DNA from: Gemmatimonadota bacterium
Lineage (GTDB): Bacteria; Latescibacterota; UBA2968; UBA8231
Direction of reading: 5' to 3'
DNA: 64,000 bases
NCBI GenBank assembly: GCA_038153405.1
Contig: JAYOYH010000009.1
Location: 28,725 to 92,724, forward strand
Under the pieces are notes generated by a model that worked only from the letters and a program-made list of their open reading frames with translations, did not search any database and was not told the origin of the DNA. A program made the position numbers and the translations under genes. Within the stretch, counting starts at the first letter, position 1. Each line of letters begins with the position of its first letter. This document shows positions 1 through 10,885 of the stretch, in pieces.

Positions 1-420
1 GGGCGGATCTACCAAGCGCTAGAAGAACTGCATCGCTCCGCGCGCGGCCATGAAGGGGCACAGGGTCAGATTGAGGCCATGCAAGAAGAGATGCGCGAAG
101 TGATTAACGAGCTGCAGCAGCGGCGCCTAAACGAGCGCACGCTGCAGAAGCAGGAGCGCATTTTTCAGCGCATGTTAGAAGCCAGCCGATCGATTCACTC
201 GCGCGGTTTTAAAGAAGATCGCGAGGCGACGGGCGGGCGGGACCAGCCCTATAGTGGACCACCGGGAATGCCGGACGACAGAGGGCAAGTGCCCGACGCG
301 CTGCGCGAGGCGATGCGGCGAGCGTTGGAAGGCCCGTATCCGAACGAGTACCGCATACTGCTGCAGCGCTATTACGAGCAGGTATACGACGACGCCATGC
401 GAGCGGAGGGGGCTCCGTGA
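1..420 (+). CDS. C-terminal end of a larger protein entering from upstream (Arg/Gln-rich coiled-coil; DUF4175-like tail)
   Basis: Frame 1 is open from base 1 (GRIYQALEELHRSARG...) into listed ORF 79..420. Its TGA stop at 418-420 overlaps the GTG start of the next gene (GTGA). The tail YRILLQRYYEQV resembles C-termini of large proteins seen in MoxR/Bat-type operons; that family call is from memory only. Confidence 0.5.
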   Translation, partial: GRIYQALEELHRSARGHEGAQGQIEAMQEEMREVINELQQRRLNERTLQKQERIFQRMLEASRSIHSRGFKEDREATGGRDQPYSGPPGMPDDRGQVPDALREAMRRALEGPYPNEYRILLQRYYEQVYDDAMRAEGAP

Positions 421-2162
421 AATACATCGCTCTATTGTTATTATGTGCGAGTGCGCTTTCGGCGCTTGACGAGCGCGCGCTGCGGCTGCGCGTCCAGCAG
501 GCAGAACGCCGCGGCGATTGGCCGCGCGCCGTCGCCGATTACGAGGCCCTCTTTGCGCTGCAGCCCAACGACGCCGGCGTTGCGCACGGCTTGGCGCGCG
601 CGCTGGGTGCGGCGGGAATGCACGCCCGTGCAATAGAGCATCTGCAGTCATGGTTGAAAAACCATGGCGATGATGCGATGTCCTACTTGCTGTTGGGCGA
701 TGCCCAGCAGCAGGCAGGAGATGCTAGAGAGGCGGTGCAAACGTGGCGCCGGCTGCTTGCAATGCGCCCGCCCGTCGTCTCTTCATATCAGCAGGTTAGC
801 GATCGCTGTCAGGCGGCCGGACAGACGGCCGAGGCGATCGAAGTGCTCATGGAGGGAAGGCAAGCGCTGAGCGATGAGACCCTGTTTAGCTGGGAGCTCG
901 CATCGCTCAGCTTGCAGGCCGGGCACTACGAGCAGGCGCTCGAAAATTTTTTCCACAGCATTGCTCAATCGCCCAATCGACTGAACGTCGTAGAACACCA
1001 GCTAGGCCCGCTGTGCCAGCGAGACGGCGGCGCGCTGCTCGCGGCACTGCTCGAAGCACCGGCGAGCGATCCGCTGGCTAAGGCGCGCTTAGTATCGACA
1101 TGTGCGCTTTTTGCCGGCCAGCCCGCTCGCGGTTTGGAGCGGATTACGACGTTGTCCGCGCACCCCGAAGTGGAGGACTTGCTGTTCCAGTATGCTTCCC
1201 AGTGCGAGGCGCGTGGCTTTGCAGAAGTGGCGGCCGACGCGTATGGCGAGTACGCGCGCCTGCGCCCAGACGCTCCCTACGCATTTCGCGCCCTGCTCAA
1301 GCGCGCCCAAATCAGCGCACGCGGTGCGGACAAGTCGAGGGCATTAGCGCACTATGCCGAACTGGCTGCGCGCTTTCCCAATCGCCCCGAAGCCATGGAG
1401 GCTTTGGTTGGCATTGCGCGCCTGCAGCTCGAAGCGGGCCGTAGTGCAGAGGGCGTGGCCGCTGGCCTGTTGCCGGTTATTGAGGCGCCCGTGCGCGGGC
1501 CGTGGACGCTGGAGGCGTTAGATCTGATGGCAGAAAGTGCGCTGCGCATGGGCGATATGACGACGGCGTTAGACTATGCGCAAAAACTGGCTCAGCAGGG
1601 TCAGGTGGCGGCTTATAGGGCCGGTGTCCGCAGCGCAGAGTTGGCCTATTTTCGCGGTGAATGCGCGGCGGTAATCGATGGTTTACTCGCGCTAACGAGT
1701 GAAGGGGTAGACGATCCGCTGGCCAATGACGCGCTCGATTTGCTGCTCGTCTGCGAGGAATACAAGAGCGAGGTCTTGCTGCCCGATTTGGTGCAGGCGC
1801 AGCTGCTGGAGCGCCAAGGTCTGTTCGACAAAGCCGCTGTGCATTGGGATCGCGTCATTGCCAGTGCGACGCCGCGCCTGCGCGAGTGGGCACTGCTAAA
1901 GCGCGCCGAGGCAATTGGGACAAGAGACCCGGAGGGTGCACTGCGGTGCTACGAAGAGTTGACGAAAGCATTTCCCGACGGGCGTCACATGGTCGAAGCG
2001 CAGTTGGCACGTGCCGATTTGCTACGGAACTCTGGCCGCCTCAATGAGGCGCTGCGCGTATGCGAAGCGGCGCTGCTGGCCGCTCCGGCCGATGCGTTGG
2101 CACCAGCGCTTCGCCTTCGCATACGTCGTTTGCGCAGTGAATTAACCAACGAGAATAGCTAA
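417..2162 (+). CDS. Secreted tetratricopeptide (TPR) repeat protein
   Basis: 581-aa ORF with a signal peptide (MKYIALLLLCASALSALDE). It has an Ala/Leu-rich helical-repeat composition with recurring A..Y..L....P motifs. Starts and stops overlap both flanking genes. Confidence 0.75.
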   Translation: MKYIALLLLCASALSALDERALRLRVQQAERRGDWPRAVADYEALFALQPNDAGVAHGLARALGAAGMHARAIEHLQSWLKNHGDDAMSYLLLGDAQQQAGDAREAVQTWRRLLAMRPPVVSSYQQVSDRCQAAGQTAEAIEVLMEGRQALSDETLFSWELASLSLQAGHYEQALENFFHSIAQSPNRLNVVEHQLGPLCQRDGGALLAALLEAPASDPLAKARLVSTCALFAGQPARGLERITTLSAHPEVEDLLFQYASQCEARGFAEVAADAYGEYARLRPDAPYAFRALLKRAQISARGADKSRALAHYAELAARFPNRPEAMEALVGIARLQLEAGRSAEGVAAGLLPVIEAPVRGPWTLEALDLMAESALRMGDMTTALDYAQKLAQQGQVAAYRAGVRSAELAYFRGECAAVIDGLLALTSEGVDDPLANDALDLLLVCEEYKSEVLLPDLVQAQLLERQGLFDKAAVHWDRVIASATPRLREWALLKRAEAIGTRDPEGALRCYEELTKAFPDGRHMVEAQLARADLLRNSGRLNEALRVCEAALLAAPADALAPALRLRIRRLRSELTNENS

Positions 2163-3421
2163 TGGTAAAAGTGCTGGTTTGGAGTCTATCGCTCTTTTTT
2201 ATCCTGCCCGCAGCGGCTGAACGCCTGCTGGTGCCTATGGATCTCGAGCAGCGCGATCACCTCAAAGCCTACGGGTTGGCATTTTGGACACTTGAGCGCG
2301 ACGTCGCCGTCGAGTGGTTGCTCAACTATCGCGGTGGTGCGTTTATGCTCGACTACAATGCCGCCGTTGAGCGCGAGGCGCAAATTCGCGGGGTGGATGC
2401 CGTCGTCGTGTCGGAAGCGCAGGCGGCGCGGATATATGCCGAGATCGATGCGGGCAATATGGAAGTTGTGCGGCTGGAAAAGGCGCCGAAAATTGCCGTT
2501 TATACACCGCCCAATAAACAGCCATGGGACGATGCGGTAACGATGGCGCTAGAATATGCGCAGATAGAATACGAAAAGATATGGGACGAGGATGTCCTTA
2601 CGGGAAAGCTCAAGGACTACGACTGGCTGCATCTGCACCACGAGGATTTCACTGGCCAGTACGGCAAGTTCTACAGCTCGTACGGTCGCGAGGCATGGTA
2701 CCAGGAGCAACAGCGCGACTACGAGGCAATGGCTCGGCGTTTGGGCTACGAGAAAGTGTCAGAGCAAAAAAAAGCGGTGGCTTTGGCGATCTACCAGTAC
2801 GTCATTTCCGGTGGGTTTCTCTTTGCCATGTGTTCGGCTACCGACTCGTTCGACATCGCGCTAGCATCGATCGGTACCGATATCTGCCACGAAGTGTTTG
2901 ACGGTGATCCAAGCGATCCGCAGGCACAGGCAAAGCTCGATTTTAGCCGCACTGTGGCCTTTGAAAACTTCGCCCTTGAGCAGAATCCGCTGGTATATGA
3001 GTTCTCCGATATCGACACGACGCCGAAGGACGTGCGCCAAATACGCACGGCAGAAGCAGAGTACTTTACTTTGTTTGAATTTTCTGCAAAATACGATCCG
3101 GTGCCCGCCATGCTCACGCAGTGCCACACGAGTATCGTCGACGGGTTTTTGGGGCAGACAACCGCCTATAAACGCTCGCTGATAAAGGATTCCGTCATCG
3201 TGCTGGGCGAGGTGGAAGAGAGCGATGAGATCAAATACATCCACGGCAGCGCCGGCAAGGGGACGTTTACGTTTTACGGCGGGCACGATCCGGAAGATCA
3301 CAAGCACTTAGTGCACGATCCGCCGACCAATCTCGCACTGCACCCCAACTCACCTGGCTATCGCCTGATCTTGAATAACGTGCTCTTTCCGGCGGCCAAG
3401 AAAAAAGAGCGCAAAACCTGA
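2162..3421 (+). CDS. Conserved secreted protein of unknown function (family often auto-annotated 'asparagine synthetase B', but no PP-loop present)
   Basis: 419-aa ORF with a signal peptide (MVKVLVWSLSLFFILPAAA). Motifs LVPMDLEQRDHLKAYGLAFW, WLLNYRGGAF and LHLHHEDFTGQYGKFY match, as far as I recall, a conserved FCB-group family. No SGGxDS motif is present. Its ATG shares one base with the upstream TAA (TAATG). Confidence 0.65.
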   Translation: MVKVLVWSLSLFFILPAAAERLLVPMDLEQRDHLKAYGLAFWTLERDVAVEWLLNYRGGAFMLDYNAAVEREAQIRGVDAVVVSEAQAARIYAEIDAGNMEVVRLEKAPKIAVYTPPNKQPWDDAVTMALEYAQIEYEKIWDEDVLTGKLKDYDWLHLHHEDFTGQYGKFYSSYGREAWYQEQQRDYEAMARRLGYEKVSEQKKAVALAIYQYVISGGFLFAMCSATDSFDIALASIGTDICHEVFDGDPSDPQAQAKLDFSRTVAFENFALEQNPLVYEFSDIDTTPKDVRQIRTAEAEYFTLFEFSAKYDPVPAMLTQCHTSIVDGFLGQTTAYKRSLIKDSVIVLGEVEESDEIKYIHGSAGKGTFTFYGGHDPEDHKHLVHDPPTNLALHPNSPGYRLILNNVLFPAAKKKERKT

Positions 3422-3503
3422 TGCCGTTTAGGTGCAAACGGACCAGAGTTGGAACGAGTTGCAACCGCGTTAAAGAGATGCAACGAGCCATGAAAGGATT
3501 GCT

Positions 3504-4496
3504 ATGAGTGCGACGGATGTGGAGGCGGTAGCCCAGCTCAACAGAGCCCGGGATGAGATATACGCCGAAGTCGGTAAAGTAATTATCGGCCAGCGAGAAG
3601 TGATTGGCCAGATGCTGACCGCTCTGCTGGCGAGTGGCCACTGCCTGCTGGTGGGCGTGCCGGGCTTGGCCAAGACGACGTTGGTGCAGGCGTTGGCTAA
3701 GACGCTCGACCTTTCCTTCGGCCGCATTCAGTTTACGCCGGATTTGATGCCCTCCGACATTACGGGAACGGAAGTGCTAGAGGAAGATCACGAGAGTGGG
3801 CGCAAGGGCTTTCGCTTTATCAAGGGGCCGGTCTTCGCCAATGTGCTACTCGCCGATGAAATCAACCGCACGCCGCCCAAGACGCAGGCGGCATTGCTGC
3901 AGGCTATGCAGGAGCACGCCGTGACGATCGGAGGAGAGACCATGGCGTTGGGCGAGCCATTTTTTGTGCTGGCCACGCAAAATCCCATTGAACAGGAAGG
4001 CACATATCCGCTGCCTGAAGCGCAGCTGGATCGCTTTATCTTCGAACTGTTAATTGACTATCCACAGGCCGAAGAAGAAGAAGAGATTGCGCGCGCGACC
4101 ACGGGCGGTCAGCGCCAAGCCGTCGACAGCGTGCTGACCGCCGAGCAACTGGTCGCCGCCCAGCAGCTAGTGCGCCGCGTGCCGATTGCCGACCACCTGA
4201 TTAAGTATGCGGTCAATTTAGTGCGCGCTTCGCGGCCCGTCGATGCGCAGGCGCCGGACTACGTCCGGGAAATGGTTAACTGGGGTGCGGGACCGCGTGC
4301 CTCGCAGTATTTGGTTTTGGCTTCTAAGGCGCGCGCCGTGCTCGACGGTCGCCACTCGGTCGCCGAGGAAGATATTCGCGCGGTAGCCCCTGCCGTGCTG
4401 CGCCACCGACTCGTCGTCAACTACCACGCTGAGGCGCAGAACGTGACGGCCAGTGCGCTAGTCAATCGCCTGTTAGAGGACGCAAAGAGCGCGTGA
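3504..4496 (+). CDS. moxR: MoxR-family AAA+ ATPase
   Basis: Walker A GVPGLAKT and Walker B LLADEINR. The FVLATQNPIEQEGTYPLPEAQLDRF block is typical of MoxR/RavA-type ATPases. 330 aa. Confidence 0.95.
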   Translation: MSATDVEAVAQLNRARDEIYAEVGKVIIGQREVIGQMLTALLASGHCLLVGVPGLAKTTLVQALAKTLDLSFGRIQFTPDLMPSDITGTEVLEEDHESGRKGFRFIKGPVFANVLLADEINRTPPKTQAALLQAMQEHAVTIGGETMALGEPFFVLATQNPIEQEGTYPLPEAQLDRFIFELLIDYPQAEEEEEIARATTGGQRQAVDSVLTAEQLVAAQQLVRRVPIADHLIKYAVNLVRASRPVDAQAPDYVREMVNWGAGPRASQYLVLASKARAVLDGRHSVAEEDIRAVAPAVLRHRLVVNYHAEAQNVTASALVNRLLEDAKSA

Positions 4497-5401
4497 GCAA
4501 TACCGGGCGATCCAACTCCTACTTAGAACCGGAGACGCTGTCGCGCCTGTCGCGCCTCGACTTGGTGGCGCGCCTAGTCGTCGAAGGCTTTATCACCGGT
4601 TTACACCGCAGTCCCTACCACGGCTTTTCCGTCGAATTTTCCGAACATCGTCCCTATATGCCGGGCGACCCGCTGCGCGACCTCGACTGGAAGGCCTACG
4701 CCAAGTCCGATCGCCTATACATCAAGCAGTACGAAGAAGAGACCAACCTCAAGGCCTATTTGCTCTTCGACGTATCGGGTTCGATGGATTTCTGCGCTGG
4801 CGCGCCGATGAGCAAGTTTCGCTATGCCGCCTGTCTATCTGCTGCGCTGGCCTATCTAATGCTGCGTCAGCGCGATGCGGTAGGGCTCATGCTCTTTCGC
4901 GATGCCGTCGAGGCCTACGTGCCGCCCCGTTCGGTGCAGAGCCATCTGCAGGCGTTGCTCAAGGCCATCGATGCGGTCGAGCCGGCGGCCGATACGAATA
5001 TGGCACCAGCCTTCCACGACCTGGCCGAGCGCATTGCGCGCCGCGGACTCATCGTCGTGCTGTCCGACCTACTCGACGATCCGCAGGAGGTACTGCGCGG
5101 TCTGCGCCATTTTCGCCACCGCGGCCACGAAGTCGTGGTGTTTCACTTATTGGACCCGCGCGAAGTCGATCTGGCGTTCGATCGCGAAACGCGCTTTTTC
5201 GATCTGGAAGATCCCAGTCAGGTGCTGGTGACCCAGCCGTGGCAGGTGCGCCGCGAATACGCGGAGATGATGCAAGACATGGTGCAGACCTATCGGCACG
5301 GCTGTGCCGAAGCGCGCATTGACTATGCGCTGATCGATACATCGACGTCGTTTGACGTAGCCCTCTCGCGCTACCTAGTGCAGCGACGCAAGATGGGGTA
5401 G
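4493..5401 (+). CDS. DUF58 domain protein (vWA-like partner of MoxR)
   Basis: The HRSPYHGFSVEFSEHRPYMPGDPLRDLDWKAYAKSDRLYIKQYEEE motif is characteristic of DUF58. Its GTG start overlaps the moxR stop (GTGA). Confidence 0.9.
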   Translation: MSNTGRSNSYLEPETLSRLSRLDLVARLVVEGFITGLHRSPYHGFSVEFSEHRPYMPGDPLRDLDWKAYAKSDRLYIKQYEEETNLKAYLLFDVSGSMDFCAGAPMSKFRYAACLSAALAYLMLRQRDAVGLMLFRDAVEAYVPPRSVQSHLQALLKAIDAVEPAADTNMAPAFHDLAERIARRGLIVVLSDLLDDPQEVLRGLRHFRHRGHEVVVFHLLDPREVDLAFDRETRFFDLEDPSQVLVTQPWQVRREYAEMMQDMVQTYRHGCAEARIDYALIDTSTSFDVALSRYLVQRRKMG

Positions 5402-5416
5402 TAGGGGACGGAAGGC

Positions 5417-5436
5417 TCAATCTTGACTTTTTTGTC
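5417..5436 (+). repeat. Copy 1 of an exact 20-bp direct repeat TCAATCTTGACTTTTTTGTC
   Basis: Identical 20-mer recurs at 5492-5511, 75 bp downstream. It contains a TTGACT -35-like hexamer. Confidence 0.85.
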
Positions 5437-5456
5437 ATCATTGATATGTTCTAATT

Positions 5457-5485
5457 GCCTGGGCCGATGGCCTCGGGCTTTTTTT
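5457..5485 (+). terminator. Putative intrinsic terminator after the MoxR/DUF58 operon
   Basis: GC-rich imperfect hairpin gcctgggcc-gat-ggcctcgggc followed by a T7 run. Confidence 0.5.
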
Positions 5486-5491
5486 AAAGGG

Positions 5492-5511
5492 TCAATCTTG
5501 ACTTTTTTGTC
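5492..5511 (+). promoter_or_regulatory. Copy 2 of the 20-bp direct repeat, about 40 bp upstream of sufB (candidate promoter/operator element)
   Basis: Exact repeat of 5417-5436. It lies between the putative terminator and the sufB RBS (gagaggaga). Confidence 0.4.
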
Positions 5512-5549
5512 TTATTTGCAGCGGCATTCACGAGAGGAGATAGGGCGCG

Positions 5550-7049
<1,500 letters not shown>

Positions 7050-7080
7050 TAATTGAACATATTATGCGAGGAATGGCTAC

Positions 7081-7842
7081 ATGCTGAAAATTGAAAATCT
7101 GCAGGCGAGCGTGGGCGATACGCAGATTCTGCGCGGTATAAATTTGAGTGTGAACGCGGGCGAGATCCACGCCATTATGGGGCCCAACGGATCCGGTAAG
7201 AGCACGCTTGCTCAGGTCTTGGCCGGTCGCGACGGCTACGAAGTTACGGGCGGCAGCGCTTCCTTTTTAGAGCGAGACCTGCTCGATATGGAACCAGAAG
7301 AGCGCGCCCGCGAGGGGCTCTTTCTCGCTTTCCAATATCCAGTGGAAATACCGGGAGTGAACTCGACCTACTTTTTGCGCACCGGCTATAACGAGATATG
7401 CAGGCACCGCGGCAAAGAGGGGCTCGACGCAATGGATTTTCTCCGCCTGGTGCGCGAGAAACTCAAGCTGGTAGAAATGGATGAAAGCTTTCTCAAGCGC
7501 TCGGTCAACGAGGGCTTTTCGGGCGGCGAAAAAAAGCGCCACGAAGTGCTGCAGATGGCCGTTTTGGAGCCCCGTTTGGCCATTCTCGACGAGACCGACT
7601 CCGGTCTCGATATCGATGCACTGCGCGTCGTTGCCAACGGCGTCAATGCCCTGCGTTCGCCCGATAAAGCCTCCATTATCGTCACCCACTACCAGCGCCT
7701 ATTGGAATACATCGTACCGGACTACGTGCACGTGCTGTACAAGGGATGCATTGTCCGCTCCGGCGGTAAGGAACTGGCGCTCGAGCTCGAAGAAAAGGGT
7801 TACGATTGGGTCAAAGGCGAAGCGGTAGGAGCGGCGGTATGA
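7081..7842 (+). CDS. sufC: Fe-S cluster assembly ATPase SufC
   Basis: Walker A GPNGSGKST, ABC signature FSGGEKKR and Walker B AILDETDSGLD. 253 aa. Confidence 0.97.
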   Translation: MLKIENLQASVGDTQILRGINLSVNAGEIHAIMGPNGSGKSTLAQVLAGRDGYEVTGGSASFLERDLLDMEPEERAREGLFLAFQYPVEIPGVNSTYFLRTGYNEICRHRGKEGLDAMDFLRLVREKLKLVEMDESFLKRSVNEGFSGGEKKRHEVLQMAVLEPRLAILDETDSGLDIDALRVVANGVNALRSPDKASIIVTHYQRLLEYIVPDYVHVLYKGCIVRSGGKELALELEEKGYDWVKGEAVGAAV

Positions 7843-9158
7843 CGCAGGACGCAGATCGCAGTGCGTGGTACGTAGAACGCTTTGGCGAGTTTACCCAGGC
7901 GCTCAACGGCGAGGCTGCTGCGCCAATTCACCAGGTGCGCACCGACGCGATTGAGTGCTTTGCCGAGTTGGGTTTTCCCACGGCGCGCGACGAGGAGTGG
8001 CGCTACACGAGTTTGGCGGCACTGCTGCGCGAAGATCTCGGCGTTGCCTTGGGTGAGTCTCCGCTGCCAAGCGACATAGAGCAATGGCGCGTGCCCGGTT
8101 TTGATAGCCATCTGCTGGTATTTGTCGACGGCATCTACCAGCCCGCGCTGTCGAGCACAGCCGATCTTGCGGCCGGCGTATATGCCGGTGAGATGGCCGC
8201 CCCGCTGCGCGAGGCGGGGCGCGTCGATGGGTTGGGAGATATCGCGCGGCGCGGGGAAGATGCTTTTGTCGAGCTCAACACCGCCTTTCTCCGCGATGGG
8301 GCGCACGTGCGCATTGCGCGCGGCGTACAGCTCGAGCAGCCCATAGAAGTGCTCTTTATCGCCAGTCGCCCGCGCTGTGCAGTGCATCCTCGCTTGTTGG
8401 TACACGTTGAAGACAATGCCAGCGCCACGCTCGTCGAGCGCTATGTAAGCCTTGGCAACGAGGTGCATTTGACCAATGCACTTGCCGAGTTCCGCGTGGG
8501 CGAAAACGCGCAGTTTGATCACTATCGCGTGCAGTCGGAAAGCAATGCCGCGCTGCACGTCTCCGCTCTCTACGTGCGCGAGGAGCGCAGTAGCACTTTT
8601 CGCTCGACCTGCTTCACGGTGGGCGGCGCACTGACTCGCAACCACGTGCATACCCAGTTGCAGGGCGAGGGCATCGACTCGACGCTCAACGGATTGTACG
8701 TAGCTGAAGGTCACCAGCACGTGGACAACCATACGCTGATTGAACACGTCCAACCCCACTGTCAAAGTCACGAGTTCTACAAGGGCATTCTGGCCGACGA
8801 TGCGACCGGTGTGTTTCGCGGTCAGATCCTCGTGCACCAGGCCGCCCAGAAGACGGATGCCTACCAGGCAAATCGCAACTTATTGCTTTCCGATCGCGCC
8901 GAAATCAATACCAAACCGCAGTTGGAGATCTACGCCGACGACGTCAAGTGCTCGCACGGCGCCACCATCGGCCAGCTAGACGAAGACGCCATATTCTACC
9001 TGCGCTCGCGCGGAATAGGACGCGCAGCGGCGCGGCGCGTGTTGACGCGCGCCTTCGCCGGTGAGGTGATCGAACGCGTGCGCATCGAGCCGCTGCGCGC
9101 GCTGATTGAAGAGTGCGTCGGCCAGCGTTTAGAGCGAGCCGCCGCCCTGCTGGAGTAA
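7839..9158 (+). CDS. sufD: Fe-S cluster assembly protein SufD
   Basis: The SufD C-terminal block (INTKPQLEIYADDVKCSHGATIGQLDEDAIFYLRSRGI) is present. I place the start at ATG 7839 (MTQDADRS), which overlaps the sufC stop as ATGA; the listed ORF start at 7806 lies inside sufC. Confidence 0.9.
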   Translation: MTQDADRSAWYVERFGEFTQALNGEAAAPIHQVRTDAIECFAELGFPTARDEEWRYTSLAALLREDLGVALGESPLPSDIEQWRVPGFDSHLLVFVDGIYQPALSSTADLAAGVYAGEMAAPLREAGRVDGLGDIARRGEDAFVELNTAFLRDGAHVRIARGVQLEQPIEVLFIASRPRCAVHPRLLVHVEDNASATLVERYVSLGNEVHLTNALAEFRVGENAQFDHYRVQSESNAALHVSALYVREERSSTFRSTCFTVGGALTRNHVHTQLQGEGIDSTLNGLYVAEGHQHVDNHTLIEHVQPHCQSHEFYKGILADDATGVFRGQILVHQAAQKTDAYQANRNLLLSDRAEINTKPQLEIYADDVKCSHGATIGQLDEDAIFYLRSRGIGRAAARRVLTRAFAGEVIERVRIEPLRALIEECVGQRLERAAALLE

Positions 9159-9163
9159 TCTGC

Positions 9164-10420
9164 ATGAGCGTTCCCGCAAAAGATACCGCGCCCGCATTGC
9201 CGCTCGACGTCGAGCGCATTCGCCGAGACTTTCCCCTGCTACAAGAGCGCATTCGCGGCAAGGAGTTGGTCTACCTAGACAACGCGGCGACGACGCAAAA
9301 ACCACTGACGGTTATCTACGCGCTGCAGCACTTCTACGCTACCGAGAACGCCAATATACACCGCGGCGTACACTTACTTAGCCAGCAGGCGACATTTGCC
9401 TACGAGCGCGCTCGCGGTCGGATCGGGCAGTTTCTCAACGCCGCTGAACCGAGTGAGATCGTCTTCGTGCGCGGTGCGACAGAAGGTATCAACCTCGTTG
9501 CGCACAGCTACGGCCGTCGCGCCGTAGGTGCCGGCGACGAGATTATTGTCTCGCAAATGGAGCACCACTCCAATATCGTTCCATGGCAGGTGCTGTGCGA
9601 GGAAAAGGGTGCCGTACTCAAGGTTGCGCCGTTGAACGAAGCCGGCGAATTACTGCTCGATGAATACGAAAAATTGCTCAGCGAGCGCACGAAGATCGTC
9701 GCCGTGTCGCATGCCTCAAATGCCCTGGGCACGATAAATCCGATTGGGCAAATTACAGATATGGCGCATGCGCAGGGAGCCGTCGTGCTCGTTGACGGGG
9801 CTCAAGGCGTGCCGCATATGCCGGTTGACGTGCGCGCCATCGACTGCGATTTCTACGTCTTTTCCGGCCATAAGCTCTTCGCTCCCACCGGATCGGGTGC
9901 GCTGTACGGCAAGAAATCTCTCCTCGAGCAGATGCCGCCGTGGGAGACGGGTGGCGGCATGATACAGCGGGTCAGCTTTGAGCGGGGCACGACCTATGCC
10001 GATGTGCCGATGCGCTTTGAGGCGGGCACGCCGCATATTGCAGGAGGCATCGGTATAGCCGCAGCCATCGACTACGTCAACTCGGTGGGCCGCACGGCCA
10101 TTGCCCAGTACGAAGACGAATTGCTGCGCTACGCCACGGAGCTGATTGGCCAGATCGACGGCGTGCGCATCATCGGCACGGCCCGCGAAAAGGTGGGCGT
10201 GATATCGTTTGTAATGGATTCTGCGCATCCGCACGATATCGGCACAATCCTAGATGCAGAGGGTATCGCCGTGCGCGCGGGACATCACTGCGCCCAGCCG
10301 CTGATGCAGTTCTACGGCGTGCCGGCTACGGTGCGCGCTTCGCTGGCTTTTTACAATACGCATGCAGAAATAGACGCATTGGCTGCGGGCATCCGCAAGG
10401 TACAAGAGGTGTTTAACTGA
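9164..10420 (+). CDS. sufS: Cysteine desulfurase SufS (group II, PLP-dependent)
   Basis: PLP-lysine motif FSGHKL and active-site Cys motif RAGHHCAQP. The start is trimmed to ATG 9164 (MSVPAKD), just after the sufD stop. Confidence 0.95.
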   Translation: MSVPAKDTAPALPLDVERIRRDFPLLQERIRGKELVYLDNAATTQKPLTVIYALQHFYATENANIHRGVHLLSQQATFAYERARGRIGQFLNAAEPSEIVFVRGATEGINLVAHSYGRRAVGAGDEIIVSQMEHHSNIVPWQVLCEEKGAVLKVAPLNEAGELLLDEYEKLLSERTKIVAVSHASNALGTINPIGQITDMAHAQGAVVLVDGAQGVPHMPVDVRAIDCDFYVFSGHKLFAPTGSGALYGKKSLLEQMPPWETGGGMIQRVSFERGTTYADVPMRFEAGTPHIAGGIGIAAAIDYVNSVGRTAIAQYEDELLRYATELIGQIDGVRIIGTAREKVGVISFVMDSAHPHDIGTILDAEGIAVRAGHHCAQPLMQFYGVPATVRASLAFYNTHAEIDALAAGIRKVQEVFN

Positions 10421-10872
10421 TGAGCGAACTGCGTGAGCTATACCAAGAAATTATACTCGACCACAATAAAAACCCGCGTAACTTTGGCAAGCTCGAAGGC
10501 GCCAATCGCGCCCAGGAAGGCTACAATCCGCTGTGTGGGGATCACTTGCATATCTATTTGCAGGTAGCAGAAGATCGCATTGAAGGCATTAGCTTTGAGG
10601 GGTCGGGTTGTGCCATATCTAAGGCATCGGCTTCGCTGATGACTGCTGCGCTCAAGGGCAAAGGCGTAGCTGAAGCCGAACAGCTGTTCGAAGACTTTCA
10701 CGCCATGGTCATGGCCGATGTGGCAGAGCCGATAGACGAGACCAAGCTGGGCAAGATGGCCATCTTTGCCGGCGTGCGCGAGTTTCCCATGCGCGTTAAA
10801 TGCGCCACGCTCGCTTGGCATGCGATGAAGTCGGCACTCTCCGGTGCCGATGCACCCATTTCGACCGAGTAG
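10420..10872 (+). CDS. sufU: SUF-system NifU/IscU-like sulfur acceptor SufU
   Basis: NPLCGD, GSGCAISKASAS and VKCATLAW motifs. 150 aa. The start overlaps the sufS stop. Confidence 0.9.
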   Translation: MSELRELYQEIILDHNKNPRNFGKLEGANRAQEGYNPLCGDHLHIYLQVAEDRIEGISFEGSGCAISKASASLMTAALKGKGVAEAEQLFEDFHAMVMADVAEPIDETKLGKMAIFAGVREFPMRVKCATLAWHAMKSALSGADAPISTE

Positions 10873-10885
10873 GAGGACCCATTGT

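Noticed and set aside
2162-3421. Calling the 419-aa protein an asparagine synthetase, the label I recall for homologues
   Set aside because: No PP-loop (SGGxDS) and no N-terminal Cys glutaminase nucleophile is visible, and the protein has a signal peptide. The label is most likely a propagated misannotation.
7800-8837. 345-aa ORF antisense to sufD. There are similar long antisense or out-of-frame ORFs elsewhere, for example 175..651, 5916..6392, 21638..22450, 37505..38281, 41436..42263, 45589..46146, 55361..56053 and 63058..63966.
   Set aside because: They lie entirely inside genes with strong family signatures on the other strand or frame. Their Arg/Ala/Gly-rich low-complexity composition is typical of shadow ORFs in GC-rich DNA, and they have no recognisable motifs.
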